Positions 1 through 4,397 of a DNA stretch of 4,397 bases are shown in pieces (within the stretch, counting starts at the first letter, position 1; every line of letters begins with the position of its first letter). The translations under genes were made by a program, and so were the position numbers. Source of the DNA: a virus (taxonomy: Duplodnaviria; Heunggongvirae; Uroviricota; Caudoviricetes); IMG/VR virus record IMGVR_UViG_2548876698_000016. The stretch is one strand, 5' to 3'. The notes beneath the pieces are model-generated. The model saw only the letters and a list, made by a program, of their open reading frames with translations. It was not told the origin of the DNA and did no database searches.

Positions 1-258
1 GAGAAATACACACGCTGGGTAAAGACACAGCCGTGTGCGTGTTGTGGTAAGCCAGCGGACGATCCTCATCATCTGATTGGTCATGGTCAGGGTGGAATGG
101 GAACAAAATCCCACGATATTTTCACGCTACCGCTGTGTCGGGAGCATCACAACGAGCTTCATGCGGATCCGCTGGCGTTCGAAGAAAAGCATGGTTCCCA
201 GGTTGATTTAATTTTTCGTTTTCTTGATCACGCTTTTGCAACCGGCGTGCTCGGGTAA
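1..258 (+). CDS. Prophage DUF968-like (YdfU-like) protein, C-terminal fragment with Cys/His-rich zinc-binding-like motif; 5' end lies outside the window
   Basis: Frame 1 is open from the window edge to TAA at 256-258. Translation reads ...PCACCGKPADDPHHLIGHGQGGMGTKSHDIFTLPLCREHHNELHADPLAFEEKHG...; the CxCC...HH...C..HH pattern and the position immediately upstream of rusA match the DUF968 family as I recall it from lambdoid prophages. Family assignment is from memory, not a search. Confidence 0.55.
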   Translation, partial: EKYTRWVKTQPCACCGKPADDPHHLIGHGQGGMGTKSHDIFTLPLCREHHNELHADPLAFEEKHGSQVDLIFRFLDHAFATGVLG

Positions 259-270
259 AAGAGGTTACTG

Positions 271-642
271 ATGCGTATAGAGTTTGTTTTGCCTTACCCG
301 CCGACGGTGAACACCTACTGGCGACGTCGTGGCAGCACATATTTTGTATCAAAAGCCGGTGAGCGTTATCGCCGGGCTGTGGCGCTTATTGTTCGCCAGC
401 AGCGGCTGAAATTAAGCCTGTCCGGACGGCTGGCAATAAAAATTATTGCAGAACCACCGGATAAGCGCCGCCGTGACCTGGACAACATTCTGAAAGCACC
501 GCTGGATGCGCTGACGCATGCGGAAGTGCTCATTGATGACGAGCAGTTTGATGAAATCAATATTGTGCGCGGTCAGCCTGTGCCAGGTGGACGGCTGGGC
601 GTGAAGATTTACGAAATCAGAGGTGGTAACGATGGCGCGTGA
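271..642 (+). CDS. rusA: Holliday junction resolvase RusA (crossover junction endodeoxyribonuclease RusA family)
   Basis: ATG at 271 preceded by AAGAGG (259-264). The 123-aa product has the size and the RRRDLDN acidic motif typical of RusA ([11 protein letters not shown]...[29 protein letters not shown]...[11 protein letters not shown]). It is similar but not identical to my recollection of E. coli K-12 RusA. Its position between a nin-region gene and Q is typical. Confidence 0.85.
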   Translation: MRIEFVLPYPPTVNTYWRRRGSTYFVSKAGERYRRAVALIVRQQRLKLSLSGRLAIKIIAEPPDKRRRDLDNILKAPLDALTHAEVLIDDEQFDEINIVRGQPVPGGRLGVKIYEIRGGNDGA

Positions 643-1003
643 TATCCAGATGGTTCTTGAGCGATGGGGGGCATGGGCAGCAAATAATCATGAAGATGTA
701 ACATGGCCCTCGATAGCTGCTGGTTTTAAAGGATTAATCCCGACTAAAGTGAAATCACGTCCTCAGTGTTCTGATGATGACGCCATGATAATTTGTGGTT
801 GTATGGCACGATTAAACAAGAATAATCAGTATTTGCACGATTTGTTGGTGGATTATTACGTAGGTGGAATGACATTTATGGCTCTTGCACGTAAGCATAG
901 ATGTTCTGATGGGCTTATTGGTAAAAGGCTTTATAAAGCGGAAGGTATTATTGAAGGAATGCTTATGGCTCTGAATGTCCGGTTAGATATGGATATGCGG
1001 TAG
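632..1003 (+). CDS. Late-gene antitermination protein Q (small Phage_antitermQ family, QuuD-like)
   Basis: The ORF is open from GTG 623, but the likely start is ATG 632 ([23 protein letters not shown]...), with a GAGGTGG Shine-Dalgarno at about 620-627. It overlaps the rusA stop (640-642) by 11 nt, suggesting translational coupling. The ~124-aa, Cys-containing product resembles the small Q antiterminators of DLP12-like prophages and sits directly downstream of rusA. Stop is TAG 1001-1003. Confidence 0.75.
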   Translation: MARDIQMVLERWGAWAANNHEDVTWPSIAAGFKGLIPTKVKSRPQCSDDDAMIICGCMARLNKNNQYLHDLLVDYYVGGMTFMALARKHRCSDGLIGKRLYKAEGIIEGMLMALNVRLDMDMR

Positions 1004-1094
1004 GGATATATAGTGATGAGGGTTATGTTTTCTGTGTTTATAATTAACATGTTTATTTTTTGATGGTCATGTATTGTGGAAGGTAGATAAAATG

Positions 1095-1123
1095 TTGCCT
1101 GGTGAATTGAAAATATTGATAAT
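1095..1123 (+). promoter_or_regulatory. Candidate sigma70 promoter in the Q-downstream intergenic region (TTGCCT -17- GATAAT); possible late promoter or cargo promoter
   Basis: -35-like TTGCCT at 1095-1100, a 17-nt spacer, and -10-like GATAAT at 1118-1123, about 30 nt upstream of the CPBP start. A perfect TATAAT also occurs at 1039-1044 but has no good -35. Prediction is from sequence only. Confidence 0.3.
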
Positions 1124-1154
1124 CAATCTTCATCATTAAATAAAAGGAGTGCTT

Positions 1155-1973
1155 ATGTGGATTGTGTTAGTACTGTCACTGTCAACTCTCAGTTGGCATA
1201 AGGTAGTGGCTTTTTCATTGTTGACGGTGTCTGTTGTCCTGGCTGTGCTTAATGATATTATTGATTGGTCGGTGTTATTTTTTGTTGCTACAATCGTTTT
1301 TTTTATTATTTTGAAGTTCAACTGGAAATATAACGCCTGGGCTAAATCTATATATGAAGTTGGCATAGTTTTATCAGCCATAGCATTATTTTTCCATCTA
1401 TGGCCAGGGTTTCACAATCCTGTAGTGCTAAATTCTGTTACTGTTGGCCCTCAAAGTACTCCCTATACAATGTATTTTAATTTTGATAAAGCGCTGGTGC
1501 CATTTTTGTTAGTCCTGTGTACATCTTCTTTGTTTAAAAAAGAAGTAAAATCAGAAGTGTCTTTGTGGAAGTGGGGGGCTCTGTCGCTCTCTGTTCCTCT
1601 TATCCTGTTTTTGGCTGTTTTTTTTGGTGGATTAAAGCCAGAGATTCATTTTCCTGAGTGGTTGCCAGAGTTTATATTGGCTAATTTGTTTTTTGTGTCT
1701 CTGGCAGAGGAATCATTATTTAGAGGGTATATTCAATCACGGCTATCAGAAGTAACGTCTCCATTGGTTGCATTAATTGTGGCGGCTTTGTTGTTTGGTT
1801 TTTATCACTATTCAGGTGGTGCTTTACTTGTATTATTTGCCACGTTATCTGGTGTTGTGTATGGATTGTCATGGATGTGGAGTGGGCGTTTGTGGGTTGC
1901 CACCCTTTTCCATTTTGGTTTGAATCTGTGTCACTTGTTATTCTTTACCTATCCATTTTTAAAACATAATTGA
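1155..1973 (+). CDS. CPBP family intramembrane glutamic metalloprotease (CAAX protease / Abi-domain, PF02517-like), polytopic membrane protein
   Basis: ATG 1155 preceded by AAGGAG (1144-1149); the ORF track starts at in-frame GTG 1149. The 272-aa product is very hydrophobic with about 8 predicted TM segments. All three CPBP catalytic motifs are present in order: EExxxR (AEESLFRGY), FxxxH (FGFYHY) and HxxxN (HFGLNL). The gene is T-rich and clearly lower in GC than rusA/Q. Stop is TGA 1971-1973. Confidence 0.8.
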   Translation: MWIVLVLSLSTLSWHKVVAFSLLTVSVVLAVLNDIIDWSVLFFVATIVFFIILKFNWKYNAWAKSIYEVGIVLSAIALFFHLWPGFHNPVVLNSVTVGPQSTPYTMYFNFDKALVPFLLVLCTSSLFKKEVKSEVSLWKWGALSLSVPLILFLAVFFGGLKPEIHFPEWLPEFILANLFFVSLAEESLFRGYIQSRLSEVTSPLVALIVAALLFGFYHYSGGALLVLFATLSGVVYGLSWMWSGRLWVATLFHFGLNLCHLLFFTYPFLKHN

Positions 1974-2113
1974 TTTTTTCTATGGTTTTAAATTTATAAG
2001 ACTGAAAAATAGCAGGACGTGACATTTGCATGAAAAATATGCACGGCAAAGCATTTACGTACGTAAAAAATCAGGTATGCTGTTAAGAGTGGTTATTTCG
2101 CCGCATAGCTTGA

Positions 2114-2136
2114 CCCCGCCTCTGAGCGGGTTTTTT
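2114..2136 (+). terminator. Putative rho-independent terminator downstream of the CPBP gene
   Basis: GC stem CCCGC (2115-2119) / GCGGG (2126-2130) with a 6-nt loop, followed by TTTTTT (2131-2136). The stem is short (5 bp), so strength is uncertain. Confidence 0.45.
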
Positions 2137-2259
2137 GTGCCCGCAAAGTAGCGCAGTGCGTTAAATGTGCTGGTAGTTATTAATACAGGTCTTTCAGCTT
2201 GCTGGCTTTTTCGACAAGAGTTATTGGTGTGTCACGTTAACCGGAAAGGGTAAAAAGAC

Positions 2260-2499
2260 ATGCTGAAACAGCAGGATATGACAGAAACCGCCAGAGTTGT
2301 GTTTGATGAATTAAGCGTCACCGAACCGGCGACGGTCGGGGAGATTGCGCAGAATACGTACCTTTCACGCGAGCGCTGCCAGTTAATACTGACCCAGCTG
2401 GTTATGCGGGTCTGGCAGACTATCAGTTCGGTTGTTACAGACGCCTTCAGTCCTGAAGGCTTTTTTATTTGTGGTAAATGGGCGGCTGGTGGGTGTTAG
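2260..2499 (+). CDS. Hypothetical small protein (79 aa) with a possible helix-turn-helix segment; coding status uncertain
   Basis: ATG 2260 follows a purine-rich stretch (GGAAAGGG, 2243-2250); an alternative ATG is at 2278. The segment ATVGEIAQNTYLSRERCQLILTQL looks HTH-like. GC is higher than the flanking AT-rich spacers. Caveat: a canonical terminator hairpin plus T-run (2443-2466) lies inside the last 19 codons, so the true 3' end or the coding status is in doubt. Confidence 0.4.
   Translation: MLKQQDMTETARVVFDELSVTEPATVGEIAQNTYLSRERCQLILTQLVMRVWQTISSVVTDAFSPEGFFICGKWAAGGC
2443..2466 (+). terminator. Canonical intrinsic terminator (7-bp stem, 4-nt loop, T6) located inside the 3' end of the 79-aa ORF
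   Basis: GCCTTCA (2443-2449) pairs perfectly with TGAAGGC (2454-2460) around loop GTCC, followed by TTTTTT (2461-2466) and ATTT. Confidence 0.5.
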
Positions 2500-2527
2500 C
2501 GGCACCTGTCAGTCCTTTGCTTATGTG

Positions 2528-2558
2528 TTGATGATAATTTACCTTTTGGGGCTATAAT
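2528..2558 (+). promoter_or_regulatory. Candidate sigma70 promoter for the AraC-family gene
   Basis: Perfect -10 TATAAT at 2553-2558 with -35-like TTGATG at 2528-2533. The spacer is 19 nt, which is longer than optimal. It lies about 35 nt upstream of ATG 2594 in an AT-rich spacer. Confidence 0.3.
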
Positions 2559-2593
2559 TGAGCTAACCAATTGCTAATGAAAGTAAAATTATA

Positions 2594-3307
2594 ATGGCTG
2601 TTGTCTGTTCAGTTATCATGGTTTGCTCCCCAATTAATATTTTTCTTGAAAAGGATACGTTGTCACTTAAGCCCGGCTCAGTCGTTCTGGCCACCAAATG
2701 CATCAGGGCGCTTTTCCTTATGCATTATGGCAAAGTTAAAATTTTCGATATAAACCATTCCATAGTAAGTCAATATCTGGAAATTCAGCATAAGCTGACA
2801 AGAACTCATCTGACTGACGTTCCGCTTTATCTGTCACTGGAACCCAACAACCCTGCGTTGGCTGAGGCTTTAATTACCAGCCAGAGATTTTCCGGAGATA
2901 CCACGGATATGTTTCTTATGATGGCATGCCTGTCGCTGTTTGAATCAGATGAACGGATATTATTATTTTTAAGTGGATGTTTATCCAGTATAAGTGCCAA
3001 AGTCAGGGCGATAATTCAGACAGATATATCAGCAAGCTGGACGCTTGGTGCGATTGCGTTACGCCTGCATATGAGTGAGAGTTTGTTAAAGATAAAACTG
3101 AAAAATGAAGGGCACATGTTCAGTCGCTTGTTGCTGGAAGAGCGGATGCGTGTTGCTGTCAATATGTTATGTTCCCGGCATGGATATGGACAGGCTGTAG
3201 CAGAAAAATGCGGTTATTCAAGCTGGTCCTACTTTATTTCTGTATTTCACCGCTATTATGGCTTCCCGCCAGACAGATATGTATCCAGGCAAGGGCTTGA
3301 TTATTGA
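2594..3307 (+). CDS. AraC/XylS-family transcriptional regulator, YdeO/AppY/GadX-like subgroup (prophage-encoded)
   Basis: The 237-aa product has a C-terminal AraC-type double HTH (WTLGAIALRLHMSESLLKIKLKNEGHMFSRLLLEERMRVAVNML...AEKCGYSSWSYFISVFHRYYGFPP). The N-terminus MAVVCSVI... resembles the M-x-x-VCSV start I recall for YdeO and AppY, which supports ATG 2594 as the start despite a weak Shine-Dalgarno. The gene is AT-rich. Stop is TGA 3305-3307. Confidence 0.8.
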   Translation: MAVVCSVIMVCSPINIFLEKDTLSLKPGSVVLATKCIRALFLMHYGKVKIFDINHSIVSQYLEIQHKLTRTHLTDVPLYLSLEPNNPALAEALITSQRFSGDTTDMFLMMACLSLFESDERILLFLSGCLSSISAKVRAIIQTDISASWTLGAIALRLHMSESLLKIKLKNEGHMFSRLLLEERMRVAVNMLCSRHGYGQAVAEKCGYSSWSYFISVFHRYYGFPPDRYVSRQGLDY

Positions 3308-3335
3308 TTTTCATCTGATTATTATTTTTTGGCTC

Positions 3336-3411
3336 GGCCCTTTAGCTCAGTGGTGAGAGCGAGCGACTCATAATCGCCAGGTCGCTGGTTCAAATCCAGC
3401 AAGGGCCACCA
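3336..3411 (+). tRNA. tRNA-Ile2 (anticodon CAU, lysidine type; ileX/ileZ-like)
   Basis: A 76-nt cloverleaf folds cleanly: acceptor GGCCCTT/AAGGGCC, D-arm GCTC...GAGC, anticodon loop CTCATAA (CAT at 3369-3371), T-arm GCTGG-TTCAAAT-CCAGC, discriminator A and encoded CCA. It is near-identical in architecture to E. coli ileX as I recall it, including the C4:G69 and C5:G68 pairs used by TilS, so Ile2 is favoured over Met. Confidence 0.88.
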
Positions 3412-3418
3412 TCACATA

Positions 3419-3495
3419 CCGCCATTAGCTCAGCCGGACAGAGCAATTGCCTTCTAAGCAATCGGTCACTGGTTCGAATCCAGTACAACGCGCCA
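3419..3495 (+). tRNA. tRNA-Arg (anticodon UCU)-like gene; acceptor stem anomalous, possibly a degenerate or pseudo-tRNA
   Basis: D-arm (TA-GCTC-AGCCGGACA-GAGC), anticodon arm (ATTGC-CTTCTAA-GCAAT, TCT at 3453-3455), 5-nt variable loop, T-arm (ACTGG-TTCGAAT-CCAGT) and 3' GCCA are all canonical. However, the presumed 5' acceptor strand (CCGCCAT, 3419-3425) is not complementary to the 3' strand (ACAACGC, 3485-3491) in my hand fold, so the boundaries and functionality are uncertain. Confidence 0.6.
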
Positions 3496-3509
3496 CACTT
3501 ATTTTCCCT

Positions 3510-3535
3510 GGCTCGCTTTTGCGGGCCTTTTTTTT
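3510..3535 (+). terminator. Strong rho-independent terminator following the tRNA genes
   Basis: 7-bp stem GGCTCGC (3510-3516) / GCGGGCC (3521-3527) with one G-U pair and loop TTTT, followed by eight T residues (3528-3535). Confidence 0.7.
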
Positions 3536-3732
3536 AAATGTCTCACAATTCAGGCGGTTGACTGTTGTCTGGTTTGCGGGGAGTTTGTTAAAAGAAACTG
3601 GCATGGTGAATCCCCCTGTGCGGAGGGGCAATCAGCGAGTAGGTATATGGGATAATCGCGGATTCAGGTGCTGGTACTGAATTCACCGGGAGGCACCCGG
3701 CACCATGCAATGGCACATAGCGCCACTCTCCA

Positions 3733-3756
3733 GCCCCTCTCCGGAGGGGCTTTCTT
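3733..3756 (+). terminator. Terminator-like hairpin (plus-strand orientation) in the tRNA-to-nanS intergenic region
   Basis: 7-bp stem GCCCCTC (3733-3739) / GAGGGGC (3744-3750) with loop TCCG, followed by TTTCTT (3751-3756). The U-tract is imperfect. Confidence 0.45.
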
Positions 3757-3762
3757 ATGGAC

Positions 3763-3791
3763 AAAAAAAGCCCGCGCAGGGAGACGCGGGC
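3763..3791 (-). terminator. Intrinsic terminator oriented for leftward (minus-strand) transcription
   Basis: 7-bp stem GCCCGCG (3770-3776) / CGCGGGC (3785-3791) with an 8-nt loop. On the + strand it is preceded by AAAAAAA (3763-3769), which is a U7 tract after the hairpin on the minus strand. Confidence 0.45.
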
Positions 3792-3984
3792 GGCAAGGAA
3801 TAAACAACAAAACGTGAAGTAATATTTCAGCTGGCGAATAATATCCGACAGTAATCACTCTGCGCAATAGCGCGGCCTTTTTCGTATTGCGGGCTGTTGT
3901 CTCTCTTCTGCCATTGTCCTGTAACTTCCGGACTTCAGCCCGCTCCTCATTTTACTCACAATATTATCCCGGCCGGGAGGATTC

Positions 3985-4397
3985 ATGGCATTTAAACACT
4001 ATGATGTTGTCAGGGCGGCGTCGCCGTCAGACCTTGCGGAAAAGCTGACACACAAACTGAAAGAGGGCTGGCAGCCATACGGCGGACCGGTTGCCATTAC
4101 GCCGTACACACTGATGCAGGCGGTGGCTATTGAAGGAGATCCACAGGTCGGCCCTTCATCTAAGCCGGACTGGTTCTACGTGGTTGTGCTTGCCGGACAG
4201 TCCAACGGCATGGCCTACGGTGAAGGGCTTCCGTTACCGGATTCTTACGATGCTCCGGATCCGCGCATTAAACAGCTGGCGCGCCGCAGCACGGTAACTC
4301 CGGGTGGAGAGAGTTGTACGTATAACGACATCATTCCGGCTGACCACTGCCTGCATGATGTGCAGGATATGAGTACGCTGAATCATCCGAGGGCTGA
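3985..4397 (+). CDS. Prophage sialate O-acetylesterase NanS-p-like protein (DUF1737 N-terminal domain + SGNH/SASA esterase), 5' portion; continues beyond the window
   Basis: ATG 3985 preceded by GGGAGG (3973-3978). The frame is open to the window end (137 codons). Translation MAFKHYDVVRAASPSDLAEKLTHKLKEGWQPYGGPVAI... matches the DUF1737-type N-terminus, and FYVVVLAGQSNGMAYGEG carries the GQSN block of SASA-type esterases. GC is high and E. coli-like. The placement upstream of lysis genes is as recalled for lambdoid and Stx prophages. Confidence 0.8.
   Translation, partial: MAFKHYDVVRAASPSDLAEKLTHKLKEGWQPYGGPVAITPYTLMQAVAIEGDPQVGPSSKPDWFYVVVLAGQSNGMAYGEGLPLPDSYDAPDPRIKQLARRSTVTPGGESCTYNDIIPADHCLHDVQDMSTLNHPRA

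Noticed and set aside
122-352. 76-aa minus-strand ORF
   Set aside because: Lies entirely antisense to the DUF968-like and rusA coding frames, has no start context and no recognisable motifs; most likely a shadow ORF of the + strand genes.
366-560. 64-aa minus-strand ORF
   Set aside because: Antisense to rusA; Ser/Arg/Cys-rich low-complexity translation typical of a spurious antisense frame.
623-631. GTG 623 as the Q start (ORF-track start)
   Set aside because: ATG 632 is better positioned relative to the GAGGTGG ribosome-binding site (620-627); GTG 623 would overlap the site itself. Kept ATG 632.
1149-1154. GTG 1149 as the CPBP start (ORF-track start)
   Set aside because: GTG 1149 is the last base of the AAGGAG Shine-Dalgarno (1144-1149); ATG 1155 has ideal 5-nt spacing. 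Kept ATG 1155.
1136-1381. 81-aa minus-strand ORF
   Set aside because: Antisense to the 5' part of the CPBP gene, which has strong motif support; no ribosome-binding site seen.
1967-3312. Short shared motif TTGATTTT just after the stop codons of the CPBP gene (1970-1977) and the AraC gene (3304-3311), considered as possible insertion-flanking direct repeats
   Set aside because: Only about 8-9 nt in AT-rich DNA, so chance occurrence is likely; no inverted-repeat termini, transposase or integrase are present to support a mobile-element boundary.
3425-3680. 68-aa minus-strand ORF (3425-3631) and 77-aa plus-strand ORF (3447-3680)
   Set aside because: Both overlap the tRNA-Arg gene and the strong terminator at 3510-3535; the translations have no protein-like features. 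They are artefacts of an ORF scan through structured RNA and non-coding sequence.
3540-3720. A third tRNA (argO-like), expected by analogy with the ileZ-argN-argO clusters recalled from Stx prophages
   Set aside because: No T-loop (GGTTCGAATCC-like) or D-arm signature was found downstream of the terminator; only generic hairpins. Not called.
3664-3867. 67-aa minus-strand ORF
   Set aside because: Spans both terminator hairpins in the intergenic spacer; the Pro/Arg-rich translation reflects GC-rich hairpin sequence rather than a gene.
3496-3984. Shiga toxin genes stxA/stxB, given the Stx-phage-like layout
   Set aside because: No ORF of suitable size or sequence exists between the tRNAs and nanS-p. 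This prophage region is stx-negative within this window.
1-4397. CRISPR arrays, IS elements or integrase/att sites
   Set aside because: No regularly spaced direct repeats, no transposase- or integrase-like ORFs, and the tRNAs are internal phage tRNAs rather than an obvious attachment site.

Overview
All coding capacity in this 4.4 kb window is on the + strand and it reads as the late-control region of a lambdoid (E. coli-type) prophage. It opens with the 3' end of a Cys/His-rich DUF968-like gene (1-258), followed by a RusA Holliday-junction resolvase gene (271-642) and, overlapping it, a small Q-type antiterminator gene (632-1003). Between Q and the tRNAs sits a roughly 2.3 kb, visibly AT-rich cargo block that does not look like core phage machinery: a polytopic CPBP/Abi-family intramembrane metalloprotease with all three catalytic motifs (1155-1973), a 79-aa ORF with a helix-turn-helix-like segment and a terminator inside its 3' end (2260-2499), and a YdeO/AppY/GadX-like AraC-family regulator (2594-3307). 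This block is the best candidate for an undescribed accessory system. After it come tRNA-Ile2(CAU) (3336-3411), a tRNA-Arg(UCU)-like gene with an anomalous acceptor stem (3419-3495), a strong intrinsic terminator, a ~450 bp hairpin-rich non-coding spacer with convergent terminators, and the 5' part of a NanS-p-like sialate O-acetylesterase gene (3985 to window end). No stx genes, integrase, transposase or CRISPR array are present. All assignments rest on reading translations and motifs by eye; no database search was run.
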